IMG/VR virus record: IMGVR_UViG_3300033069_001022
Location: 26,960-90,959 of that record
Length of the DNA: 64,000 bases
Origin: a virus
Lineage: Duplodnaviria; Heunggongvirae; Uroviricota; Caudoviricetes
Strand: one strand, 5' to 3'
The notes below the pieces were generated by a model. The model searched no databases, was not told the origin of the DNA, and saw only the letters and a program-made list of their open reading frames with translations. The position numbers and the translations under genes are program-made. Each line of letters begins with the position of its first letter. Positions within the stretch are counted from its first letter, which is position 1. Of the stretch, positions 55,359 to 64,000 are shown in pieces.

Positions 55359-58007
55359 ATGGCAAGTTTTACAGATCAACCAATTCAGTTCAACCCCTAC
55401 GTGGAAACTACCCCTGTTCAGGCAATGGTAGCTGTAGGTATGCAGAAGGAACAAGACTTTAAGCAAGGAATTGCTAAGGTACAATCCTATGTGGATACCA
55501 TAGCTGGATTAGATATAGCTAAAGAAGAGGATAAGCAATATGTATCTACTAAACTCAATGAGGTTAAAGAGGGTATTGCTAAGAATTTATCTGGAGATTT
55601 CTCTGATAGTAGAATAACTAACCAAATTGGTGGAGCTGCTGTGCATATTTATAAAGATCCTGTAGTACAAAATGCTACAGTATCTACTGCTAATTATAGA
55701 AAAGGAATAGCAGATATAGAAGCTGCACAAAAAGCTGGTAAATCAGATAAAAACAATGAGGATTACTACTATAATGAGGCTAATAAATGGTTAACAGATA
55801 AGACTCCTGGCACAAAGTTCTCTGGTTCTTTTATTGAGTATACAGATATAATGAAAAGAATTAGGGAAAATGTATCTGCTGCTGGTATAGATAGTAGGTA
55901 TGTAGAACAAATGTATGAAACAGATGGTAATGGTAAGTTATTACTGGATAAAAATAACCATTTAATACCTGCACTTACTATGAGTGCTTTAACCACAGAT
56001 TCTAATGCCAAACAAGTACAATCCATTGTAGCTAATGTTTTAAAGGAAGGTAATATCCAACAGCAAATTCAGGTTGATGGTTGGGCAAATACAAGGAATA
56101 TTCAACCAAGTGCTATCTATGAATCTTTTTTAATGGATTTTGCAGCCAGAGATGTGGATGCTCAGGAAGCATTATTAAAAATACAATCATCTCTTGGTAG
56201 TCCGGAATTATCTACAGAGAAAAGAGCAGAATTAGAAAAACAAAAATTAGAATTACAAACTTATCAAAATAGTAACTCTACAAAATTAAAGCAGTTAAAA
56301 GAGCTAGCTCTTGTAGATCCTGATAAATTTAAACAGAATTATTATCAAGATAATTATGTTAATAATTTGTTAATGGGTTTTTCCACAGTTAAAGAAAAAC
56401 AGGAGAATAAAGAAAACCCTCTTAGAAAACAGTATAACTGGTTTGAGGAGATGAATTTTAAAAGGGAGAATGAAAACTGGAATAGAAATTTAGAGGCTCA
56501 GAAAATGAGGAACCAGGTTTCTCAGTTTGAACTTACTTTTAAAGCAGACCATGAGCAAGACCCTGTTACTGGAGAATGGAGTCCCAAAGCTACTGGGTCT
56601 AAGAAAAAAGGGTCTGTAACTACAACAACTCCAACTGAGGTTTCAGCACCTGCTCCAGGTACACCCATAGATGCTGTATCACAAGTAATGGCAACCACTG
56701 AAAATATTAAAACAGAAGCTTTTAAAATGGGCTTCGGTTTGTTTTATCAGAATTTAAGAAAACTTAATGGTGAAACTATTACAGATTTAAAGGGTAAAAA
56801 AGTTCCATTAGATGAAAATAGGGCTTTGGAATTAATAGGACAATATGCCAAAGCTAGAGGACAATCTAGGGAAGAGTATATAGCTGCTTATATGGGAGGC
56901 ATGGATCAAAACAGTGAAAACTCTAATGTACCATTAAATGCCCAAGATGCTGCTGTTGTAGCTGATTATAAAAAACTTAACAACTCTCTGGGAAATATTA
57001 CAGCAACTACTGCTGAGATATATAGACAAGTAGAAAAAGAAACAGGTGTTGATCCTAGAACTTTTTCAAAATCTTTAAAACCAGATGTAGTTAGAGAAGG
57101 TAGTCAAACTTATAATATAAGTGTACAAGATCAGATAGATTATGCTACTATAGTTGGTGGTAGAAAGAACAATATAAATGACGCAACAGTTAAAGCAGCC
57201 GAAGATAATTTAAAGAAAAAATTTGGTATTCAGTATTCAAGAATACTAGAATTATCTGGTGAACCAGGTAAATATGTAAAGCTATCAAGTCAGGGAAACT
57301 TTACTAAAGCATTAAATCTTGCTGCTGAGAAATTTAAGAAAGTTAATATAGTACAAGATCCCTTTGCTGGATCAGTTATGGCTTCTCCAGAAGAGCAAGC
57401 TAATGCTAGAAATCAAGTAATGGCTATACTTACTCCAGATTCTCCAGGGAGATTGGATAGTGACGATAGGAGAAAGGCACTGGCTGTCTTAGCCAGAAAC
57501 AAAGATGCAGCAATTACCTATATTGCTAATAGACCAACACAACTTGGACAACCTTGGACTGGGAAAGTTACTATTGTAGATGATAAAGACGGTAAGCCTT
57601 ATTCTATAGATGTTAATGAAAAAGAACTGGAAGCAGTAACTGGTAGAGATTTTAAAGAGTCTGATGAAAGAGGTTATGCCGCAAGGAGCAATGTTAGTAG
57701 ATTTGGTTCTACAAACTTAGCTACTTGGACAACTGACCCAAATGCATGGCAAACTGCTGCTATAGGTAAAGAACATTTCAGTGGTTTAAAAAATTCTGGT
57801 ATATCTGCCAGTGCTGATATTATAACTCTACCAGATGGTTCTAAAGGATTATCCTTATATTATAAAGAAAAGGGAGCAGATAAATTCAGTAGACTTGAAG
57901 TTATGCCATCTACACCTATATATACTTTTAATGGTATAGCTAATATTGTGCCTATGATTACAGAAGCCGATATTAAAAAACAATTAGAAAAAAATAAGAA
58001 GAAATAA
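55359..58007 (+). CDS. large virion-type protein (882 aa), unknown
   Basis: ORF track. Confidence 0.55.
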   Translation: MASFTDQPIQFNPYVETTPVQAMVAVGMQKEQDFKQGIAKVQSYVDTIAGLDIAKEEDKQYVSTKLNEVKEGIAKNLSGDFSDSRITNQIGGAAVHIYKDPVVQNATVSTANYRKGIADIEAAQKAGKSDKNNEDYYYNEANKWLTDKTPGTKFSGSFIEYTDIMKRIRENVSAAGIDSRYVEQMYETDGNGKLLLDKNNHLIPALTMSALTTDSNAKQVQSIVANVLKEGNIQQQIQVDGWANTRNIQPSAIYESFLMDFAARDVDAQEALLKIQSSLGSPELSTEKRAELEKQKLELQTYQNSNSTKLKQLKELALVDPDKFKQNYYQDNYVNNLLMGFSTVKEKQENKENPLRKQYNWFEEMNFKRENENWNRNLEAQKMRNQVSQFELTFKADHEQDPVTGEWSPKATGSKKKGSVTTTTPTEVSAPAPGTPIDAVSQVMATTENIKTEAFKMGFGLFYQNLRKLNGETITDLKGKKVPLDENRALELIGQYAKARGQSREEYIAAYMGGMDQNSENSNVPLNAQDAAVVADYKKLNNSLGNITATTAEIYRQVEKETGVDPRTFSKSLKPDVVREGSQTYNISVQDQIDYATIVGGRKNNINDATVKAAEDNLKKKFGIQYSRILELSGEPGKYVKLSSQGNFTKALNLAAEKFKKVNIVQDPFAGSVMASPEEQANARNQVMAILTPDSPGRLDSDDRRKALAVLARNKDAAITYIANRPTQLGQPWTGKVTIVDDKDGKPYSIDVNEKELEAVTGRDFKESDERGYAARSNVSRFGSTNLATWTTDPNAWQTAAIGKEHFSGLKNSGISASADIITLPDGSKGLSLYYKEKGADKFSRLEVMPSTPIYTFNGIANIVPMITEADIKKQLEKNKKK

Positions 58008-58013
58008 TAATAT

Positions 58014-61000
58014 ATGCCCGAAGAAAAATTACCTGTAAATTTATCTGGACCAACACATCTTGGTGAAAATGGATTAGTACCTTTGGTTACACCAGATTTA
58101 CCATCTATTAGTACAGGAACAAGAGCTTACCAGGAATCTAAATCTGGATTTGATGCATTATTTAATAGTGTCAATCCAAAACCTGGTTTTGAAGCATCTT
58201 CTAAAATGCAATCAGAAGTAGACCCTTTACTTTCTGGCAGATACAATAATGTGTATTATGATGCTAATAATGAGGATTTATATGGTAGAGAACAAGGGTT
58301 CATGGATAAAGCTGTTAATGGCACACTAAAAGGTTTAAATCTTGCAGCCACTACTTTTGTGGGTGGCTTAGGTACTGTATATGGTATTGGTAAATCTATC
58401 AGTACAGGGAAGTTATCTGATGTGTGGGATAACGAAATATTAAGAGGTATAGACGACTGGAATAAGAAAGTAGATAATGAATACCTACCTAACTATTACA
58501 CAGATAATGAATCTAATGCAGCCTGGTATTCTTCTGACAATTTTACAACCAACTTTTTATTCGATAAACTGGTAAAGAATTTAGGATTTGCTGTGGGAGC
58601 TATCTACTCAGGTAACTTAATGGCTAAAGGACTAAGCTTTGCTGGAGAAGGGATAGGAACAATGTTCTCTTCTTTAGGTAAATACACTGAAGCTTGGAAG
58701 AGCTTTTCAGATGTTAACAAATATACTGCCAGATTATTTTCACAAGGTAAGAATATAGAAGCAGCAGAAGTTTTGCAGAAAGGTATTAAATCTATATCTG
58801 ATATAGAAGATGTAAGTGCTAATATGCTTAAAATATCTAAGCAGTTTAACAATATAGCTGGTGCTCAAGATTTTACAAGAAGGTCTTTAATGGCTTTATA
58901 TTCTTCTGCTGGAGAATCTTCTTTTGAATCTATTGGTACAGCAAGAGCTTTTAGAGAAAAAGAAATACAATCTTTTAAAGATAAGTATGGCTTTGATCCT
59001 TCTGCTGAGGAAATAGCTAAAATAGATGCACTAGCCTCTAAAGCAGGAAATTTTTCTTTCTTGGCTAATATGGCTGTTTTATCTGCTACAGAGTTTACAC
59101 AATTACCATATTTAATGGGAAGTTCTTATAGAACATCTAAAGCAGCTTCTAATGCCTTTAGAACTACTGAAGATGTAGCTGTTAGAGAAGGTAAATATGT
59201 AGCTAAGGAATTGGGAAAAGTAGGTAAGACAACTAAGTTTTTAAAGACTTATGTTTTTGACCCTAAAGAATCTCTTCAGGAATATTTACAAACATCCATA
59301 GATGTTGGTGTGCAGGATTATTATGACAAAGCATATAAAGGAACCGAAGCCAAAGACTTAACTCGGGCTTTTATTGATACTAGTTTAGATGCTTTGGGGC
59401 ATACTTTAACATCTAAAGAAGGTGGTGAAAGTATATTACTTGGTGGTATATCTGGTGGCCTTATGCAGATAAAAGGAAATAGACAAGCCAATAAATATAA
59501 GAAAACAAATACAAATTCTTTTCTTGCTGAATTGAATGTGCCTGAAAATACATTTACAAATGCTTTTGCTGACAGAGTTAATTCTTTGCAAAGAAGTATA
59601 AGTATTCAACAAGAAGCAGAAGGAGCTATAGAATCTGATGATAAGAAAGGATTCTTGGATAAGAAATTTGATCAGACTCATAACTATATTTCTACTAGAG
59701 TAAAATATGGTAGGGCAGATATGGTATATGATGAAATTGAAGCAAGAAGGTTACAATCTGTCAGTGAAACAGATTATAAAGCTTTACAGGCTAAAGGTGG
59801 AGCACCTATGGGTTTATCCCGTATTGATTATATTAAGAAATTAGATGATTTTGAAAAACACACTAAAGCTGTGGAATCTCTGTATGAGTCTATGACTTTA
59901 AGGTATCAAGGTCAGTTAAATACTGACGGCACACGGAAGTATTCTGATGAGGTTATTGACAAGATGATATATGGTGCAGCTAAGGTAAATGATTATGACA
60001 AGAGGTTAATTGAAATAAGTAATGAAATATCTACACATGGTATTGATACTACCAGTATTAATGAGTCTTTAAAACAATCAGCTTCTTGGCAGGAAGGTAA
60101 GCAAGAAGATGATATTAGAGAAGGAGGAGTTGTAAAATCTATAACAGATACAGTAGCTAATATAGAAGCTTTAGATGTTACACCAGATATAAAGCAAGAC
60201 CTTAAAGATAGTTTTTCTGATTATATTGAGGTAGCTTTAAGTAGGAAGAAAATCCTAGGGGAACTTAATGAGATTATAAAAACACCTGAAGTATTTAATG
60301 AGCCTATAGTAGATATAGTTGCAGCTACTAGCGAAGGTGAAGTGGGTAAACCTAAAACCATTAAAATCACTACTAAAGATGGTGAAGAAGATATCGAGAT
60401 AGGTACTGAATACTACTTAGGAGATTATGTTAAAAAAGATGCTAAAGGAAGAGATGTATATTTATTCCCTAAATTTACTGTGCTTGGAGAAAATCCAGAT
60501 GGTACTATACAGGTAAAAGATAAGGATGGTGTGAGAAATGTGTCTAAGGAAGAATTTATAAAGTATAAACCAGGTAAGGTATCTGATACACTCAATAATA
60601 AGAAAGCAAAGTTTTATCTGGAGAATATTAATAATGTATTTGAGTTCAATTTTGGTAAAGGTAAAAAAAGAAAAGGTAGATTAAGGTATTCAACAAAGGA
60701 TAGGATACTTGAATTTGTATATGTTGACGGGAAGAAAACAAAAGCAATAGAAGTTACAGGAGATCAGTTTATAGCTAAAGAAGGGTTTAAACAAGCTCTT
60801 ATTACTAAAGTAGGTACATTAACTGCTGCTGAAGAAAAGACTTTACAGGACTTTGCCAAAGAAAAAGATGATAGAATACAAGCTAAAAGAGCTGTAAGGA
60901 TACAGATTATAGAATCTCTTATAGATGAAACTGGAACAAGAATTGAGAAGATTCAAAAGGATTTAGTTGCTAAGCATGAGCAGTTATCTAAAACTGTAGA

Positions 61001-64000
61001 AGAGCTGGATAAACTATCTAAAAAGATAGAGTCTGGGGATATGACTAAAAGAGGTAACTTTAAAGCTACCACTAGAAATGCTATCAGGGCAGCTAATAAA
61101 TTATCTAATTTAAGAGATAACCTCACTACAGAGATACAAGCTTTGGAAAGTGAAAAAGAAGAGTTGGAATTTAATTTAGAATACTTCTATGATCTTGCTC
61201 AGAATATTGATGAATTACCAACTGGATCTGCTGATTTTCAGGAGGAGATAAATAATCAGGCTATTGATTTAGGTATCCTTATAGAGGAGACGGGTAAATC
61301 TATTAATCAAGTCACCAGTTTATTAGAAAAGACAGAAAGTGCTTTAGATACTGCTATTGCTTGGATACAAGAAAATATAAGATTATTTGAAAATGTATAT
61401 CCTAATGTACCTACTGACATATACAGTCAGGAGTTCATTGATTTCATAAAAACCAATCCCAATTTCTTAAAAATAAGACCAGATTTTAAACAAGATTTGG
61501 CTGAACTTGAGAACATGATTGGGGAAATGGAAGAGTCCGAAATAAAACCAAGTGAAAAACTAATATCTGAACTACAGGAAAAACTTAAAACTCTATTACC
61601 AGAACTTTTAGATTTAGAGAAACAATATAAAGCAAAGGAAGCTATTGTACAAAGATTTGCAGATATAGCCGAAGAATATAGAAGAGCTGAAGCAGCTAAA
61701 AAACAAGCTGAAGCAGATGCTAAATTCTTACAAGGTATCTTTGGAACAAAGGTAAATCAACCCTCCAGTGATAATACTGATACTAAAGGAGATATAAAAA
61801 GTGAAGAGGAATCTCCTAAAAAGAGAATAACTTCTATTGCGTCTACAGTGGATGAAAGTAAATCAGTTAACCAAACTGTTTTAGAAAATGTAAGAAGACA
61901 CAATAGTTTCCTGAATAATCTATCCAGAATGCCATCGGAGAAAGCCTCTGAAATAAGGGTAACTTTGGTGAATAAAGATAATGCTCCTGCTGGTGTAATA
62001 GATAAAGCTTTAGCAGGTTATGATGTTCCTGATGTAGACAATACAGTTGTAGCCATATACTCCAATACAGATGGTAAATTTGTAGATGTAAATGGTAAGG
62101 CTACTGAAAATCCTGATGAGTATGTTATATCCGTAATGGCTTCAGATAAACTAACTTCTACAAGAGGAGATAGATATTCTGTACCTAAAGATGTAAATGA
62201 AGAGGATTGGCATAATTGGTATAAAGGTATGAGAGCTAAATGGTTAGCTGCTACTGAACCAGAGATATATGAATTCACAGTTAGTGGAGGTATCCCTCAA
62301 AGGAACAAAACTAATATAGCTTACAATGTAACTGAAAATCTTATAAGCCAAGAACAAATAGGACAAAAGGGACTTGTTCAGGTATCTATAGATGGTACAA
62401 TAAATGTTAATGGTATAGCTAAGAAATATACTCCTGGCAGAGTTGTACTTGTAAATGGAAATTCTACAGCTTTCCTGAATAACAGAAACTTTACAGACCA
62501 GGAAGCAGAGGTTATATATAAGTCATTCCAAACATTAGCTGCCACAAAGAAAGGAGAAAAATGGAATTCTTCTGTAGTTAAATTCTTAAGGGATGTGATG
62601 TTATTTGGAGACCCTACCACAGGGGATAAACCAAAAGCTGCTGCAAGGAATCAGTTCTGGATTGATAATAAAGGGCAACTGAATATTGGACCAGAAGGTT
62701 TTAAAGCATCATTTACTCCAGAATTCCTTGCTCTACCAGAAGTAAAGGCAGGGCTTATTAAAATCATAAAAGGGGCTTATCAAAATGTAAATGCAGCTAC
62801 TCTAAAGAGTAATGATAAATTCGTAGAGATAACTGGCTTCAACAAAGAAGGTGTTCCCCAAACAAGGACTTGGCAATCTTATCAGCATTACTTGCTTTCT
62901 CCTACTTTTGAACTGGATGAAACTCTGGATGACAAAGAAGAGAATGGTAAGAAGAGGTCTGATGTTCCTTTAACAAATAATTTACAATTACCTATAGATG
63001 GTTCTGAACCATTTGTACAAAAGTATTCTACTATAGTTCCAAGGGAAGATGAAGTTGTGGAAACCACTAAGAAGAAAAAAGCTGCGTCTAAAAAGAATGT
63101 TGAAGAACCAGAAGAAGATACTTTTACCAGTGATGAAGAGATTGTAAAAGAGGAACCAAAGTCTAAACCTAAAACCAAGAAAGTAGGTTTACTAGCTGCT
63201 GCACTAGATGAGGCACAAAAAGGAGAGTCTATTGAACCAAAGAAATCTGCTAGTGTCAGAGATTTTACAGATGAGATAGAAGATGCTGCCCAAGCTTTTG
63301 TTATGCAAATTCCTGGAACTAAAGGAAGTTCCCAGAATGATATGGCTTTAAGGTTAATGACAAAAACTGAAGTAGAAAGAATGTCAGATGAAGACTATAC
63401 CTACTTTAAAGAATGGATGAAGACTAATCTACCTGGTGTACCGGTTACTATAACTGATCAACTTATTCAGGTAATGGGGACAAGTAGATTAGCTTGGGGA
63501 AGATTTACAAATGCTGGTATTGAAATATTTGAGAGAGCAGAAAAGGGTACAGAATTTCATGAAGCCTTTGAAGCTGTTTGGAATACACTTTTAGATGATG
63601 TGCAACAAATTGATTTATATGAAGAGTTCTCCAATCAGGAAGGTACTATATTTGATAGAGATACCCTAACTACTGTACCAAAAAGTGAAGCCTCTTTCCA
63701 GCAAGCTAAAGAAGCTATAGCTGATGAATTTGGGGAATTTATGAGAGATGTAAAATCTACTCCTCCAAAAGGTATTATCGGTAAATTCTTTAAAATGTTA
63801 AAGGATTTACTTAAGTACTGGATTGGTTCAAAGAAGTATAGATTATTTACAGATATACATAATGGTAAATTTGCTAAAAAGCAAAAGGTAAGAGAATTTA
63901 ATGGTAATGCTTATAGCCAGGTTATTCCTGGAACAGACTCATTAACTACCAGAGAGATAGTAGAAGATATGTCTGCACAGGTGGCTTTTGTTCTATTAGG
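58014..64000 (+). CDS. giant ORF, open from the ATG at 58014 to the window end (at least 1995 aa, 3'-truncated)
   Basis: Manual translation MPEEKLPVNLSGPTHLGENGLVPLVTPDLP... continues without a stop in that frame. All track ORFs in this span are short minus-strand antisense ORFs. Confidence 0.6.
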   Translation, partial: MPEEKLPVNLSGPTHLGENGLVPLVTPDLPSISTGTRAYQESKSGFDALFNSVNPKPGFEASSKMQSEVDPLLSGRYNNVYYDANNEDLYGREQGFMDKAVNGTLKGLNLAATTFVGGLGTVYGIGKSISTGKLSDVWDNEILRGIDDWNKKVDNEYLPNYYTDNESNAAWYSSDNFTTNFLFDKLVKNLGFAVGAIYSGNLMAKGLSFAGEGIGTMFSSLGKYTEAWKSFSDVNKYTARLFSQGKNIEAAEVLQKGIKSISDIEDVSANMLKISKQFNNIAGAQDFTRRSLMALYSSAGESSFESIGTARAFREKEIQSFKDKYGFDPSAEEIAKIDALASKAGNFSFLANMAVLSATEFTQLPYLMGSSYRTSKAASNAFRTTEDVAVREGKYVAKELGKVGKTTKFLKTYVFDPKESLQEYLQTSIDVGVQDYYDKAYKGTEAKDLTRAFIDTSLDALGHTLTSKEGGESILLGGISGGLMQIKGNRQANKYKKTNTNSFLAELNVPENTFTNAFADRVNSLQRSISIQQEAEGAIESDDKKGFLDKKFDQTHNYISTRVKYGRADMVYDEIEARRLQSVSETDYKALQAKGGAPMGLSRIDYIKKLDDFEKHTKAVESLYESMTLRYQGQLNTDGTRKYSDEVIDKMIYGAAKVNDYDKRLIEISNEISTHGIDTTSINESLKQSASWQEGKQEDDIREGGVVKSITDTVANIEALDVTPDIKQDLKDSFSDYIEVALSRKKILGELNEIIKTPEVFNEPIVDIVAATSEGEVGKPKTIKITTKDGEEDIEIGTEYYLGDYVKKDAKGRDVYLFPKFTVLGENPDGTIQVKDKDGVRNVSKEEFIKYKPGKVSDTLNNKKAKFYLENINNVFEFNFGKGKKRKGRLRYSTKDRILEFVYVDGKKTKAIEVTGDQFIAKEGFKQALITKVGTLTAAEEKTLQDFAKEKDDRIQAKRAVRIQIIESLIDETGTRIEKIQKDLVAKHEQLSKTVEELDKLSKKIESGDMTKRGNFKATTRNAIRAANKLSNLRDNLTTEIQALESEKEELEFNLEYFYDLAQNIDELPTGSADFQEEINNQAIDLGILIEETGKSINQVTSLLEKTESALDTAIAWIQENIRLFENVYPNVPTDIYSQEFIDFIKTNPNFLKIRPDFKQDLAELENMIGEMEESEIKPSEKLISELQEKLKTLLPELLDLEKQYKAKEAIVQRFADIAEEYRRAEAAKKQAEADAKFLQGIFGTKVNQPSSDNTDTKGDIKSEEESPKKRITSIASTVDESKSVNQTVLENVRRHNSFLNNLSRMPSEKASEIRVTLVNKDNAPAGVIDKALAGYDVPDVDNTVVAIYSNTDGKFVDVNGKATENPDEYVISVMASDKLTSTRGDRYSVPKDVNEEDWHNWYKGMRAKWLAATEPEIYEFTVSGGIPQRNKTNIAYNVTENLISQEQIGQKGLVQVSIDGTINVNGIAKKYTPGRVVLVNGNSTAFLNNRNFTDQEAEVIYKSFQTLAATKKGEKWNSSVVKFLRDVMLFGDPTTGDKPKAAARNQFWIDNKGQLNIGPEGFKASFTPEFLALPEVKAGLIKIIKGAYQNVNAATLKSNDKFVEITGFNKEGVPQTRTWQSYQHYLLSPTFELDETLDDKEENGKKRSDVPLTNNLQLPIDGSEPFVQKYSTIVPREDEVVETTKKKKAASKKNVEEPEEDTFTSDEEIVKEEPKSKPKTKKVGLLAAALDEAQKGESIEPKKSASVRDFTDEIEDAAQAFVMQIPGTKGSSQNDMALRLMTKTEVERMSDEDYTYFKEWMKTNLPGVPVTITDQLIQVMGTSRLAWGRFTNAGIEIFERAEKGTEFHEAFEAVWNTLLDDVQQIDLYEEFSNQEGTIFDRDTLTTVPKSEASFQQAKEAIADEFGEFMRDVKSTPPKGIIGKFFKMLKDLLKYWIGSKKYRLFTDIHNGKFAKKQKVREFNGNAYSQVIPGTDSLTTREIVEDMSAQVAFVLL

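Noticed and set aside
58604-63178. Five 80-96-aa minus-strand ORFs in the last 6 kb
   Set aside because: All lie antisense within one uninterrupted plus-strand reading frame that starts at 58014 and runs off the window.
1-64000. CRISPR array, diversity-generating retroelement, retron
   Set aside because: No regularly spaced direct repeats were seen. No ORF carries reverse-transcriptase motifs (YxDD) or Cas-like domains.
58014-64000. Giant ORF as a crAss-type virion RNA polymerase subunit
   Set aside because: I scanned the nucleotide sequence for GAY-NNN-GAY-GGN-GAY (DxDGD) and found only unrelated DG/NG repeats. There is no support from sequence alone.

Overview
The window reads as an AT-rich (about 30% GC) tailed-phage genome segment of the Bacteroidetes/Flavobacteria type. 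Promoter candidates match TTTG/TAnnTTTG, there are no Shine-Dalgarno sequences, and many neighbouring genes share ATGA or longer start/stop overlaps. No host genes are visible.

Layout:
- 1-20.9 kb: a leftward (minus-strand) block of about 60 short early-type ORFs. The first 2.6 kb is a higher-GC island with Cys-rich small proteins and a frameshifted DPPW adenine methyltransferase.
- 6.0-10.7 kb and 13.2-14.1 kb: a tandem array of at least 17 diverged paralogous small genes. Each ends in ...YEIY-stop, and the downstream start codon sits inside that conserved junction.
- About 11.04-11.35 kb: a tmRNA-like element on the minus strand.
- About 14.04-14.12 kb: a tRNA-like gene on the minus strand.
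- 19.45-21.05 kb: a roughly 1.6 kb control region, non-coding apart from the leftward 161-aa gene at 20397-20882, with hairpins, palindromes, TTGATT repeats and a divergent promoter candidate.
- From 21 kb rightward, in order:
  - small early genes, including an HNH homing endonuclease and a SAM methyltransferase;
  - a packaging/head module (terminase large subunit, putative portal, SPFH protein, acidic scaffold, 516-aa putative major capsid protein);
  - a set of Cys-rich proteins joined by poly-Thr linkers;
  - a tail-collar fiber protein;
  - a metallophosphoesterase;
  - a free-standing GIY-YIG endonuclease with a decayed second copy;
  - a run of very large virion-type proteins (1543, 1180 with an SLT lytic-transglycosylase domain, 882 and a window-truncated ORF of at least 1995 aa), with a ferritin-like gene between the first two.

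No CRISPR array, reverse transcriptase or integrase was seen. All calls come from reading the sequence and the ORF translations by eye. Family assignments rest on recognisable motifs and need HMM or BLAST confirmation.
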